Shown: positions 43,234-52,878, counted from the stretch's first letter. The stretch is DNA of 64,000 nt from Candidatus Omnitrophota bacterium (GCA_025453445.1 JALOQJ010000001.1:9155-73154), one strand, 5' to 3'. Notes: generated by a model not told the origin, from the sequence alone. Program-made: numbers and translations.

Positions 43234-44088
43234 ATGGAAAGAAGAGCTCTTGGTAAGGGAATCAGCGCGTTAATACCTGCAACAGATGCTCCGGGTAAAG
43301 AAACTATTATGTTTTTAAAACTTAGCCAGGTCAGGCCAAATCCTTTTCAGCCAAGGGAAGACTTTGACAGTCAAAGTTTGGAAGAGTTGATTCAGTCTGT
43401 GAAAGAAAAAGGAGTGATACAGCCGATTTTAGTCAGGCGCACCGGAGATACTTATGAATTGATTGCCGGAGAAAGGCGCTTGCGCGCAGCCACTGCTTTG
43501 CAGCTAGAACAGATACCAGCTATTGTTAAAGATGTAGAAGATCAGGATTCTTTGGAATTGTCCTTAATCGAGAATATTCAAAGACAGGAATTAAATCCTA
43601 TTGAAGAAGCGCGCGCTTTTCAATTCCTGATTAATAAATTCAATTTAACTCAGGAGAGAGTGGCAGAGGTTTTGGGTAAGGCACGGGTTACAGTTACCAA
43701 CACATTGCGGCTATTGAAGTTACCGCAAGAAGTGCAGGAGGATATCCGTAAAAACCGGATTTCATTTGCGCATGGTAAAACCCTGCTGGAAATAGAAGAC
43801 CCTAATCAACAGCGCAGGTTGGCCCATGAAATAATTGCCAAAGGTTTATCCGTGCGCGAATTGGAGAGCCTGGTAAAAATGCACCGGCCTAAAATATCCA
43901 AACAGAAAATGCGCACAGCTAACCGTGAGCCATTTATCGCTGTTTTAGAAGAAGAGCTACAACATGCCTTGGCAACGAAAGTAAGGATCAGTAAAAATAA
44001 AAAACGCGGGCACATTACCATTGACTTTTATTCACAGGAGGATCTGCAAAGAATTGCTCATAAAATCAGAGGAGGAAATACTACATGA
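43234..44088 (+). CDS. parB: Chromosome partitioning protein ParB/Spo0J
   Basis: GERRLRAA ParB box, HTH, 284 aa. Confidence 0.9.
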   Translation: MERRALGKGISALIPATDAPGKETIMFLKLSQVRPNPFQPREDFDSQSLEELIQSVKEKGVIQPILVRRTGDTYELIAGERRLRAATALQLEQIPAIVKDVEDQDSLELSLIENIQRQELNPIEEARAFQFLINKFNLTQERVAEVLGKARVTVTNTLRLLKLPQEVQEDIRKNRISFAHGKTLLEIEDPNQQRRLAHEIIAKGLSVRELESLVKMHRPKISKQKMRTANREPFIAVLEEELQHALATKVRISKNKKRGHITIDFYSQEDLQRIAHKIRGGNTT

Positions 44089-44588
44089 ATCAGGCAACTT
44101 TAATTTTGGTTAAGCCCGACGGGTTGAAAAAATCCCTTACCGGAAATATTCTTACACGGCTTTCCGAGACAAAATTGGAAATTGTGGCATCGAAAATGTC
44201 CCGGGTTTCCAAGCAGCTGGCAGAGGAACATTATAAGCATCTGAAAGATAAGCCGTTTTTCAAGGAGTTAATTCAATATCTGCAGGGTGAACTGCATGAT
44301 CGGCGCAAAGTAATGGCATTGGTTTATTACGGAGAGGATGCGATTACCAAATGCCGCCAGCTCGCCGGTGCTACGAATCCGGAAGAAGCAGAATCAACAT
44401 CAATCCGCGGCTCATACGGCAGGATTACTACAGCAGGGGTTTATGAAAATGTAATTCATGTTTCTTCTAATCCGTCGGAAGCGGAACGGGAAATAAAACT
44501 TTGGTTTAAGCCTGAAGAGATTATTGTTGATTTATATCCAGCCAAAGACGTTATTGAAGAAAAGAGAAAAACCAAGGGCTGGATTTAA
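44085..44588 (+). CDS. ndk: Nucleoside diphosphate kinase (divergent)
   Basis: LILVKPDG, GATNP...IRG and NVIHVS regions (active-site His retained). Confidence 0.65.
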   Translation: MNQATLILVKPDGLKKSLTGNILTRLSETKLEIVASKMSRVSKQLAEEHYKHLKDKPFFKELIQYLQGELHDRRKVMALVYYGEDAITKCRQLAGATNPEEAESTSIRGSYGRITTAGVYENVIHVSSNPSEAEREIKLWFKPEEIIVDLYPAKDVIEEKRKTKGWI

Positions 44589-44607
44589 GAAAGAAGGGGA
44601 GAACATA

Positions 44608-45435
44608 ATGGTTGTGAGTATGACAGGATTTGGAGGAGGCGAAATCAAGAGCAGCCCCTTCGGCAAAATCAACGTAGAATTAAGGAGCACTAACCATAAG
44701 TTTTTAGAAATTGTCCTGCATTTGCCCGAGGGTTTTTTGCCTTTGGAAGAGCGGATTAAAAAAGCTATCGAAGCGCGGTTAAGAAGAGGCAGGGTAACTT
44801 GCGTGGTAAATATCAGTGCAGCCCCGGCAAGCGATATTTGTATCAATCAGAGTTTATTGCAAAAATACGCCGTAGTTTTAAAGGCAATAGAAAAACAATT
44901 CCGTTTAAAAAACGACCTGACTGCAGAAGCTTTAATCCGGCTGCCGGGCGTTTTGTCTTTGGAGGATAAAGGCGTTAATAAGGCTGCTGCCTGGTTAAAA
45001 TTAGAGGCACTTCTGGCCCGCGCGTTGAATGATTTAGTCCAGATGCGCCGGAAAGAAGGCCGTGCCTTGGCAGGGTTCTTAAAAAAAGGCGCCCTGAAAA
45101 TTCAATCGGAATTGGAAGCAGTACATGCTCGTTTTCAAAAAGCTGTGAAGAATAAAGTCAGCAGGCTTGCTTCCGACGAGGAACGCGCCAATTTTTTAAA
45201 AGATGCGGATATCGCAGAGGAGCTCGACCGTTTAAGTTTTCATATTAAAAATTTTCTGCAGAAGCTTACTAAAGACTGCGCCGTGGGCAAAGAACTGGAT
45301 TTTATTGCCCAGGAAATGCAGCGGGAAGCAAATACCATGGGCGCTAAATCTTTTGACGCGGAAATTTCCGGTATGGCAGTGCAGTTGAAAAGTCAAATTG
45401 AGAAACTCAGGGAACAGGTGCAGAATATAGAGTGA
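44608..45435 (+). CDS. yicC: YicC family protein
   Basis: MTGFG N-terminus and the C-terminal DUF1732 conserved motif ELDFIAQEMQREANT. Confidence 0.8.
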   Translation: MVVSMTGFGGGEIKSSPFGKINVELRSTNHKFLEIVLHLPEGFLPLEERIKKAIEARLRRGRVTCVVNISAAPASDICINQSLLQKYAVVLKAIEKQFRLKNDLTAEALIRLPGVLSLEDKGVNKAAAWLKLEALLARALNDLVQMRRKEGRALAGFLKKGALKIQSELEAVHARFQKAVKNKVSRLASDEERANFLKDADIAEELDRLSFHIKNFLQKLTKDCAVGKELDFIAQEMQREANTMGAKSFDAEISGMAVQLKSQIEKLREQVQNIE

Positions 45436-46013
45436 AGAAAAAAGGAACAGTATTTGTAATCTCCGGGCCTTCCGGTTCGGGCAAAACCACATTATTAAAA
45501 AATGTCCTGCGGGATAAAGTTTTGCGCAGGAAACTGGCACATTCGGTTTCTCTGACTACCCGGCCGAAAAGATCTTGTGAAAGAAATAAAAAAGATTATT
45601 TTTTCGTCAGTGAAAAGGAGTTTAAGGCGCAGCTGAAGCAGAAAAAAATCCTTGAATGGACCAGGTATTTAGGGTATTATTACGCCACGCCAAAAGGGCC
45701 TGTTGATGAACAGCTCCGAGGCGGAAAAAGTATTGTTTTGTGCCTTGATTTAAAAGGCGCCCGTCGGATCAGGCAGCTTTATCCGAGAAATAACCTGACG
45801 ATTTTTGTTAAGCCTCCGACGCTGCGAGTGCTGACGCAAAGGATTCAAAACCGCTGCCATAAAACCAAAGCCCTGGAAATTACTGAGCGGGTAAAACTGG
45901 CCAGGCAGGAAATGTTGGCGGCGCGCCATTACGATTATTGCCTGATTAATCAGGATCTGGAATGCGTTACCCGGGAATTAAAAGATATAATATTAGCAAA
46001 CCTGAAAGTTTAA
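45432..46013 (+). CDS. gmk: Guanylate kinase
   Basis: P-loop GPSGSGKTT and TTRPKR motif. Confidence 0.9.
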   Translation: MKKKGTVFVISGPSGSGKTTLLKNVLRDKVLRRKLAHSVSLTTRPKRSCERNKKDYFFVSEKEFKAQLKQKKILEWTRYLGYYYATPKGPVDEQLRGGKSIVLCLDLKGARRIRQLYPRNNLTIFVKPPTLRVLTQRIQNRCHKTKALEITERVKLARQEMLAARHYDYCLINQDLECVTRELKDIILANLKV

Positions 46014-46031
46014 AAAGAAGGAAGGTATAAT

Positions 46032-46238
46032 ATGGAATATGTTGCCTTGGAGAATCTTATAGATAAGACCAATTATTCAATTTATAAATTAGTAATTTTG
46101 GCGGCAAAACGGGCTTTGGAAATTGCTGAGGGCCAGCCCAAGCTCGTCGCTGTCAGCGCCTCGTTAAAGCCTTCTACGATTGCCCTGTTTGAGATTGCCG
46201 CCGGCTGCATACAATACAAAAAATCCAAGGTTGATTAA
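46032..46238 (+). CDS. rpoZ: DNA-directed RNA polymerase subunit omega
   Basis: 68 aa with KLVILAAKRALEIAEG. Confidence 0.85.
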   Translation: MEYVALENLIDKTNYSIYKLVILAAKRALEIAEGQPKLVAVSASLKPSTIALFEIAAGCIQYKKSKVD

Positions 46239-46777
46239 TGGCAAGAGAAAAAAATGTTTTGTTAGGCGTGACAGCGAGCATTGCTATATATAAAGCCTGC
46301 GACATAGTGCGTAAACTACGTGCGGAATCTTTGCAGGTTACAGTAGCAATGACCAAAGAAGCAGAGGAGCTGATCCGGCCGATAGTTTTTCAAAGTTTAA
46401 GCGGTAATAAAGTTTACCGGGGTTTATTTCAGGAACCGGAAGCGTGGGAAATAGAGCATATTGCTTTGGCAGAGAAAGCGGATTTAGTTTTGATTGCGCC
46501 GGCAACAGCAAATATTATCGCTAAATTTGCCAATGGAATTTGCGATGATTTATTAACTTGTGTAGTTGCAGCAATTAAAGCGCCGGTCGTAATTGCTCCG
46601 GCGATGAATACCAACATGTACCAGAATAAAATTGTCCAGGCAAATATCAAGAAATTACAGAATAATGGTTATAAATTTGTCGGGCCAAGAGAAGGTAAAC
46701 TTGCCTGTGGCAAAGAAGGCGTTGGTTGCTTGGCTAGCGTAGAAGAAATTGTAAAAGAAGTTAGAAAGATTCTTTGA
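46238..46777 (+). CDS. coaC: Phosphopantothenoylcysteine decarboxylase (flavoprotein CoaC domain only)
   Basis: 179 aa with VLLGVTASIAIYKA. No CoaB ligase half precedes the downstream tRNA-Cys. Confidence 0.75.
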   Translation: MAREKNVLLGVTASIAIYKACDIVRKLRAESLQVTVAMTKEAEELIRPIVFQSLSGNKVYRGLFQEPEAWEIEHIALAEKADLVLIAPATANIIAKFANGICDDLLTCVVAAIKAPVVIAPAMNTNMYQNKIVQANIKKLQNNGYKFVGPREGKLACGKEGVGCLASVEEIVKEVRKIL

Positions 46778-46792
46778 AATAGAACTTAGTGC

Positions 46793-46864
46793 GGCGCGGT
46801 AGCCAAGAGGTAAGGCGACTGTCTGCAAAACAGTTATTCAGCGGTTCGATTCCGCTCCGCGCCT
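46793..46864 (+). tRNA. tRNA-Cys (anticodon GCA)
   Basis: Acceptor GGCGCGG/CCGCGCC, anticodon loop CUGCAAA, T-loop UUCGAUU. Confidence 0.9.
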
Positions 46865-46946
46865 CTGAATTTCCTTGCTATTACAAAGCGAGGGAATCCA
46901 TCTCGAGCGCCGTCTATTTTAAGGGTTCGCGAGGGACAAATAATAT

Positions 46947-47615
46947 ATGCCCGCTAAAAGAAAAGAATTAAAAATCGAAGGTGCGAATCTCTGGTACTTG
47001 GTGGGGTTAATTACTAGCGACGGGTGTTTGTCCGGAGACGGCAGACATATTGATATTACTTCAAAGGACTATGAATTTCTGAGCAGATTAAAAGATACAT
47101 TAGGTTTTACGAATAAAATTGGCACTAAAAATAACGACAGGGTTAACCAGGCATATTATTTACAATTTTCGAATAAGAATTTTTATGAATTTTTAGTATC
47201 AATAGGTTTAACACCAAATAAATCCTTAAGCTTAAGTAGTCTTAATATCGCCAAAGAGCTTTTTGGTGATTTTTTTAGGGGCTTGATTGATGGCGATGGA
47301 TCTATTCGCCGGTGGGTGCACCCCTCCAATAATAATGAACAGTGGAGCTTAAGAATTTATTCGGGCTCCGAAAAATTTATTAATTGGTTAAATATAGCAG
47401 CAGAACAATTATTAAAAGTTCGTGGCAAAGTGCATAAAAATGCGAATAATACGTGGGTATTGAAATACGGCAAAATGGCCGCGAAACAGATTGCAGAACA
47501 ATGTTATTATAAAGACTGTTTCGGTTTAGACAGAAAAATAAAATTAGCCCAAGAATGCATTCATTCATACGCGGGCTGGAGTAAAAGTAAGACAATTAGT
47601 CCGTTTTGCTCCTAG
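46947..47615 (+). CDS. Double-motif LAGLIDADG homing endonuclease
   Basis: Two motifs: LVGLITSDGCL and FRGLIDGDGSI. Ends 7 nt before tRNA-Leu. Confidence 0.8.
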   Translation: MPAKRKELKIEGANLWYLVGLITSDGCLSGDGRHIDITSKDYEFLSRLKDTLGFTNKIGTKNNDRVNQAYYLQFSNKNFYEFLVSIGLTPNKSLSLSSLNIAKELFGDFFRGLIDGDGSIRRWVHPSNNNEQWSLRIYSGSEKFINWLNIAAEQLLKVRGKVHKNANNTWVLKYGKMAAKQIAEQCYYKDCFGLDRKIKLAQECIHSYAGWSKSKTISPFCS

Positions 47616-47622
47616 AAAATTT

Positions 47623-47705
47623 GGGCAGGTGTCGGAATGGCAGACGATGGGGACTTAAAATCCCCCGCTCGTAAGAGCGTGAGGGTTCAACTCCCTCCCT
47701 GCCCA
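47623..47705 (+). tRNA. tRNA-Leu (anticodon TAA), class II long variable arm
   Basis: Anticodon stem-loop GGGGA-CUUAAAA-UCCCC and variable arm GCUC-GUAA-GAGC. Confidence 0.9.
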
Positions 47706-47871
47706 TGAGTATTTTTTGAAAATATGGCAGTGAGTGAGCGTTAACGACCCGACAAGGGCCGTAGCGAGCGCAGTGCCTTGGTTGGTTTTGACAGAAGATT
47801 ACTCCCTCACAGCTTGATAGGAAAATTGAGTTCGGGATCAATTTTCAGAAGGTTAATAGCGGGAAAATTGA

Positions 47872-47888
47872 GGGCTCATAGCTCAGTT
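47872..47888 (+). pseudogene. tRNA 5'-end fragment (GGGCTCATAGCTCAGTT) with no matching 3' half
   Basis: The first 17 nt are typical of Ala/Ile-type tRNAs. The sequence then diverges into a CCGCC-GTAG-GGCGG hairpin. Confidence 0.3.
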
Positions 47889-47933
47889 TCCGCCGTAGGC
47901 GGGTTCGCCTGCAGCTGGAATAGATGAATTATA

Positions 47934-48010
47934 GGGCGGTTAGCGCAGTTGGTTAGCGTACCACATTGACATTGTGGTGGTCACTGGTTCGAGTCCAGTA
48001 CCGCCCACCA
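47934..48010 (+). tRNA. tRNA-Val (anticodon GAC), CCA encoded
   Basis: Acceptor GGGCGGU/ACCGCCC, anticodon loop UUGACAU. Confidence 0.9.
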
Positions 48011-48016
48011 GATAAT

Positions 48017-48616
48017 ATGTTAGAAAAACAGCTGTTACAAAAACTTTATTACACTGAAAAACTTTCTATGTTAGAAATAGCCAAAGTTTTATCTTTGACC
48101 CCGGCTACTGTCAAGTATTGGATGGATAGACATCAACTCAATCGCCGTTCTGGCAGCGACAGTGCTTATGTAAAACAGAATCCAGAAGGAGACCCTTTTG
48201 CAATTAAGGGCAGCTTAACAAATAGAGACAGAGAGTTATTTATATGTGCCTTAATGTTATATTGGGCAGAAGGTAGCAGAAAAAACAAACATGTTATTCA
48301 GATAGCAAATTTAGATCGAAGAATGCTTCTGCTGTTCACGAGGTTCTTAAAAACTATTTGTGGGGTCAGAGAAGAAAAAATTTGTCTTACCGTTCAGCTT
48401 TTTAGAAAATTCGACGTAAGTAAGACTAAAAATTATTGGTCGAGAGAACTGGGTATTACCAAACGCTTTATAAAGGTTAATATTCATACTGATATAAGAA
48501 GCAAACCAAACCAGCAATGGTCTCAATACGGGATTGCCCGCATAGAGGTACGTAACGTAAAATTGAAGCAGTGGCTCGATAGTGCATTAGAGAAATATTT
48601 AACCAAATGGCTTTAA
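48017..48616 (+). CDS. HTH plus single LAGLIDADG-like domain protein (homing-endonuclease-related)
   Basis: N-terminal HTH (LSMLEIAKVLSLTPATVKYW). A motif LMLYWAEGS resembles a LAGLIDADG variant. The downstream fold resembles the C-terminal half of the 46947 protein. Starts 6 nt after tRNA-Val. Confidence 0.5.
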   Translation: MLEKQLLQKLYYTEKLSMLEIAKVLSLTPATVKYWMDRHQLNRRSGSDSAYVKQNPEGDPFAIKGSLTNRDRELFICALMLYWAEGSRKNKHVIQIANLDRRMLLLFTRFLKTICGVREEKICLTVQLFRKFDVSKTKNYWSRELGITKRFIKVNIHTDIRSKPNQQWSQYGIARIEVRNVKLKQWLDSALEKYLTKWL

Positions 48617-48617
48617 T

Positions 48618-50336
48618 ATGGACTTAAATATTTTAAGACATTCTTGTTCGCATGTGATGGCTAAAGCCGTAAAAGAGCTTTGGCCGGAGGCTAAATTAGG
48701 AATCGGCCCTTCGATTGAAGACGGTTTTTATTATGACTTTGATAAAAGCGAGCCGTTTTCCGACGATGATTTAGCTAATATCGAAAAGAAAATGCGCCAG
48801 ATCATTGCTAAAAATGAATCCTTCGTGCGCGAAGAATTAACTAAATCCGCTGCTATTAGTTTGTTTGAAAGCCTGAAAGAAGATTATAAAGTGGACCTGA
48901 TAAAAGCATTGCCCGATGATAAGGTATCTATTTATAAAACCGGCGATGATTTTATAGATCTCTGCCGCGGGCCGCACCTGAATTCTACAGGAGAGATTAA
49001 AGCTTTTAAATTATTATCGGTTGCCGGCGCTTACTGGCACGGGATAGAAACCAATCCTATGTTGCAGAGGATCTACGGCACCTGTTTTGAAACACAGAAA
49101 GAAATAGACGAGTATTTAAAAAATTTGGAAGAAGCAAAAAAGCGCGACCACAGAAAAATCGGGCCGCAATTAGGTATTTTTGATATCTATTATGAAGAAG
49201 CTGGTGCAGGCCTTGTGTTTTATCATCCTAAAGGTGCAATATTGCGCACGCTGATTGAAAATTACGAAAAAATGGAACATTACAAGCGCGGCTATCAGAT
49301 GGTGATTACTCCGCATATTATGCAGGCAGGGTTATGGCAGACTTCCGGGCATTACGATTATTATAAAGAAAATATGTATACTTTAAAAATCGAGGACCGG
49401 GAATTTGTTTTAAAGCCGATGAACTGCCCCGGGCACATTCTGATTTATAAATCTCAGACGAGAAGTTACAAAGATTTGCCTTTGCGCCTTTTTGAGCTGG
49501 GCACAGTTTATCGCCATGAAAAAGCCGGAGTCCTGCATGGCTTGTTGCGCGTGCGCGGATTTACCCAGGACGACGCGCACATATTTTGTTTGCCTGCGCA
49601 GTTGAAACCGGAGATTAAAGCAGTGATTGATTTTGTTTTTGATACAATGAAAACCTTTGGTTTTAATGAAGTCGGCATCGAGCTTAGTACGCGGCCGGAA
49701 AAATATATCGGCTCAGATGAAGACTGGATCAGGGCAACAGCTGCTTTGGAAGAATCCCTGAAAGAAAAAAGCTTAAGCTATGAGATTAATGAAGGAGACG
49801 GTGCTTTTTACGGCCCTAAGATTGATATCAAATTAAAAGATGCCCTGAAAAGGACATGGCAATGTGCAACCATCCAATGCGATTTTGCCCTGCCGAAAAG
49901 GTTTAATCTGGAGTATGTTGATAGCGACGGGCAGAATAAGCAGCCGATTATGCTGCATCGCGTGCTTTTAGGCAGCCTAGAGCGTTTTACCGGCGCATTG
50001 ATCGAACATTATGCCGGAGCGTTTCCGGTTTGGCTTGCTCCTGTGCAGGTTGTGATTATTCCGGTTAATGAATCTGTGGATGATTATGCCGGTGTTGTAA
50101 AAAAGAAGTTGGAAGATAAGTCTATTAGAGTTATGATGAGCAACGGCAGCGATACCTTAAATAAGCGCATCCGTAATGCCGAAGTCGAAAAAATTCCCTA
50201 TGCTTTGATTGTTGGCGAGCGCGAAGCCCAGGCAGGCGCAGTAGCAGTACGCAAAAGAAGCAAGGGTGATACAGGGACAATGGCGATAGATGATTTTATC
50301 AGGCAAATTACAGAAGAGATAGACAACAAACAATGA
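48618..50336 (+). CDS. thrS: Threonine--tRNA ligase (short form lacking the TGS N-terminus)
   Basis: Class II core with HRDLRV-like RGFTQDDAHIF and a C-terminal anticodon-binding domain. Confidence 0.9.
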   Translation: MDLNILRHSCSHVMAKAVKELWPEAKLGIGPSIEDGFYYDFDKSEPFSDDDLANIEKKMRQIIAKNESFVREELTKSAAISLFESLKEDYKVDLIKALPDDKVSIYKTGDDFIDLCRGPHLNSTGEIKAFKLLSVAGAYWHGIETNPMLQRIYGTCFETQKEIDEYLKNLEEAKKRDHRKIGPQLGIFDIYYEEAGAGLVFYHPKGAILRTLIENYEKMEHYKRGYQMVITPHIMQAGLWQTSGHYDYYKENMYTLKIEDREFVLKPMNCPGHILIYKSQTRSYKDLPLRLFELGTVYRHEKAGVLHGLLRVRGFTQDDAHIFCLPAQLKPEIKAVIDFVFDTMKTFGFNEVGIELSTRPEKYIGSDEDWIRATAALEESLKEKSLSYEINEGDGAFYGPKIDIKLKDALKRTWQCATIQCDFALPKRFNLEYVDSDGQNKQPIMLHRVLLGSLERFTGALIEHYAGAFPVWLAPVQVVIIPVNESVDDYAGVVKKKLEDKSIRVMMSNGSDTLNKRIRNAEVEKIPYALIVGEREAQAGAVAVRKRSKGDTGTMAIDDFIRQITEEIDNKQ

Positions 50337-50343
50337 AAGGGGG

Positions 50344-50859
50344 GTGGTTAACATAAACAAGTTTATCCGTATTAACGATAAAATCCGCGTACCGCAGGTG
50401 CGCCTGATCGGTCCGGATGGTAATCAGTTGGGTATAATGGCGACCAGCCGCGCGTTGGAGCTGGCTAATCAACACGAATTAGACCTGGTAGAAGTGGCAG
50501 CAACTGCAAGCCCGCCGGTCTGCCGGATTATTGATTTTGCCAAGTTTAAATATGACCAGGAGAAAAAAGAGCGCGAGGCGAAAAAACACCAGAAGATGAC
50601 GCACTTAAAAGAAATCCGCGTTAAGCCTAATATCGATAACCATGATTACGAGACCAAGCTTAAGCAGGCAATTACGTTCTTAAAAAAAAGAGACAAGGTC
50701 AAAATTAATCTTTTCTTCCGCGGCAGGCAAATGGAGCATCTGGACTTAGGAAGAAAAATTTTAGATAAATTTATCGCCGATACTCAGAATGACGGACAAA
50801 TAGAAAGAGAACCTATATTGGAAGGCAGGGTTATTTCATTAGTTGTCGGTCCAAAATAA
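50344..50859 (+). CDS. infC: Translation initiation factor IF-3
   Basis: INDKIRVPQVRLIGPDGNQLG. Non-ATG start, typical for infC. Confidence 0.85.
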   Translation: MVNINKFIRINDKIRVPQVRLIGPDGNQLGIMATSRALELANQHELDLVEVAATASPPVCRIIDFAKFKYDQEKKEREAKKHQKMTHLKEIRVKPNIDNHDYETKLKQAITFLKKRDKVKINLFFRGRQMEHLDLGRKILDKFIADTQNDGQIEREPILEGRVISLVVGPK

Positions 50860-50868
50860 GAGGAGAAA

Positions 50869-51069
50869 ATGCCAAAATTAAAAACTAAAAAAGGAGTGGC
50901 CAAAAGGTTTAAATTAAGCAAGAGAGGCAAGGTAAAATATTTTACCTGCGGCAATAAACACCTTGCATCAAGCAAAACAAGAAAGAAAAAACGGCACCTG
51001 AGGAAAAAGGGCCTAATTAGCGGTTCAAAAGAAATCAAATATCTCAAGAGAGTATTACCTTATGGTTAA
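50869..51069 (+). CDS. rpmI: 50S ribosomal protein L35
   Basis: MPKLKTKKGVAKRFK... Confidence 0.9.
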   Translation: MPKLKTKKGVAKRFKLSKRGKVKYFTCGNKHLASSKTRKKKRHLRKKGLISGSKEIKYLKRVLPYG

Positions 51070-51083
51070 AAGGAGTTTAAGTC

Positions 51084-51434
51084 ATGGCTAAAATTAAACA
51101 CAGTGTAGCAACAAGGCGCAGAAAAAAAAGGCTTTTAAAAAAAGCAAAAGGCTTTTGGGGTGACCGCAGTAAGCAATTTCAGCAGGCGAAGAGGGCGCTG
51201 ATGCACGCGGAGGTTTATGCAACCCGCGACCGTAAAGTTAAAAAACGTGAGTTCCGCCATCTCTGGGTCGCGCGGATTAACGCAGCCTGCCGGTTAGAAG
51301 GCACTACTTACAGTAAGTTTATCAGCGGCCTGAAAAAAGCCAAGGTCAGCATTGATAGGAAAATGTTGGCTGATCTGGCAGTAAATGATGCTAAGGCGTT
51401 TGAGAAATTGGTAGATATAGCGCAAGCAAAATGA
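51084..51434 (+). CDS. rplT: 50S ribosomal protein L20
   Basis: [24 protein letters not shown]... Confidence 0.9.
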   Translation: MAKIKHSVATRRRKKRLLKKAKGFWGDRSKQFQQAKRALMHAEVYATRDRKVKKREFRHLWVARINAACRLEGTTYSKFISGLKKAKVSIDRKMLADLAVNDAKAFEKLVDIAQAK

Positions 51435-51462
51435 TAAATTCCAATATACAATACACAAATCA

Positions 51463-51546
51463 CAAACAATACCAAAAGCACAACACCGAATTTCGTTTGT
51501 AATTTTGGTCATTTGGTATTGTAATTTGTTTGTAATTTGGAATTTA
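51463..51546 (+). promoter_or_regulatory. Long imperfect inverted repeat in the trk leader (terminator/attenuator-like)
   Basis: ACAAATCACAAACAATACCAAAA ... TTTTGGTCATTTGGTATTGTAATTTGTTTG, ending at the trkA SD. Confidence 0.3.
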
Positions 51547-51558
51547 AGGGGAGTAAAT

Positions 51559-52203
51559 ATGTATGTGATCATAGTTGGATGCGGCAGAGTGGGGTCTGAA
51601 TTGGCCAAGCTTCTCTCCGGCGAAGGCCACAACGTAGTGGTTATTGACAAGAACCAGAATTCGTTTGACCGCCTTGGAGGGTCATTTAACGGTTTAACTA
51701 TCGTCGGCAATGGTTTTGATATGGCACTTTTAAAACAGGCCGGGGTGGAAAAAGCAGATGCTTTTTGCGCGGTCACAAATGGAGATAATACGAATTTAAT
51801 CTCTGCGCAGGTAGCCAAGAAAATTTTTAAGGTCCCCAAGGTTATTGCCCGGGTTTATGATCCGCACCGCGCGCATATCTACGCGGCTTTAGGCCTGGAT
51901 ATTTTAAGCGGAACAGTTCTTTTTGCTTCCATGATCAGGGATAAGATTATCGAAAGCCGTTTTTCCAGCTACCTGATTGAAACTAAGGATTTAGGTGTTT
52001 TGGAAATTGAAGTGAAGGACGGTTTGGCCGGTAAAGTTATTCAGGATGTCAATATCCCGCAGGAATTTTTGGTTGTGGCTATCCGCAGGCTGGAAGGGGT
52101 ACTTATCCCGGAACCCCAGACGGTTTTAAAACCCCAGGATATCCTGATGGGAGTAGTGAAAGTAGCGCACCTGGAGAAAATTAAAGAAAAATTTAATTTG
52201 TAA
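51559..52203 (+). CDS. trkA: TrkA/KtrA-family K+ uptake regulatory protein (NAD-binding)
   Basis: MYVIIVGCGRVGSELA Rossmann N-terminus plus TrkA-C. Confidence 0.8.
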   Translation: MYVIIVGCGRVGSELAKLLSGEGHNVVVIDKNQNSFDRLGGSFNGLTIVGNGFDMALLKQAGVEKADAFCAVTNGDNTNLISAQVAKKIFKVPKVIARVYDPHRAHIYAALGLDILSGTVLFASMIRDKIIESRFSSYLIETKDLGVLEIEVKDGLAGKVIQDVNIPQEFLVVAIRRLEGVLIPEPQTVLKPQDILMGVVKVAHLEKIKEKFNL

Positions 52204-52215
52204 AGAGAGGCCGGT

Positions 52216-52878
52216 ATGTATATCGTTATCGTGGGTGCGGGGAAAGTCGGTTATTTTTTAGCCAAGCGGCTTGCCAGCGGCAAGCACACGGTGAGCATCA
52301 TTGATAAAGACAGGGTAATTTGTGAAGAAATCGCCAAGCAAATAGAGGCCTTGGTAATTAACGGTGATGGTTGTGACCCTCACATTTTAGAAGAAGCCGG
52401 CCTGGCGCGCGCCGATGTAATTGCCGCGGTTACCGGCGAAGATGAAGATAACCTGATTATCTGCCAGCTGGCCAAAGAGAAATTCAATACCGGCCGCACT
52501 GTCGGCAGGGTAAATAATCCCGACAATGAACATGCTTTTTTTGAATTAGGCATTGATGTGCCGATTGATTCCACAAAAATTATCGCCAAGATTATCGAAG
52601 AAGAAGTATCTTTTTCGGATTTTGTCAATCTGATGAGTTTTAAACGCGGCAAGCTTGCTATTGTGCGCGTTGACCTGCCCAAAGATTCCCCGATTATCCA
52701 TAAACAAGTGCATGAAATCCAGCTCCCCCAAGATTCCGTACTGGTTTCTATCGTCCGTGGCGAAGAGGTTATTGTCCCCAAAGGCAATACCATGCTTAAG
52801 CCCGGAGATGATATTATTGCTTTAACTTTAGTTGGCAATGAGCCCCAGTTATTGAATTTATTGGTAGGGAAACTATGA
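52216..52878 (+). CDS. trkA: Second TrkA/KtrA-family regulatory protein
   Basis: MYIVIVGAGKVGYFLA Rossmann N-terminus plus TrkA-C. Confidence 0.8.
   Translation: MYIVIVGAGKVGYFLAKRLASGKHTVSIIDKDRVICEEIAKQIEALVINGDGCDPHILEEAGLARADVIAAVTGEDEDNLIICQLAKEKFNTGRTVGRVNNPDNEHAFFELGIDVPIDSTKIIAKIIEEEVSFSDFVNLMSFKRGKLAIVRVDLPKDSPIIHKQVHEIQLPQDSVLVSIVRGEEVIVPKGNTMLKPGDDIIALTLVGNEPQLLNLLVGKL

Noticed and set aside
47705-47933. Spacer between tRNA-Leu and tRNA-Val, considered as a group I intron or additional RNA gene
   Set aside because: No recognisable P3-P7 core or conserved G-binding site could be read by eye. Only a 17-nt tRNA 5' fragment and small hairpins were found. It is left as a pseudo-tRNA fragment pending covariance-model search.
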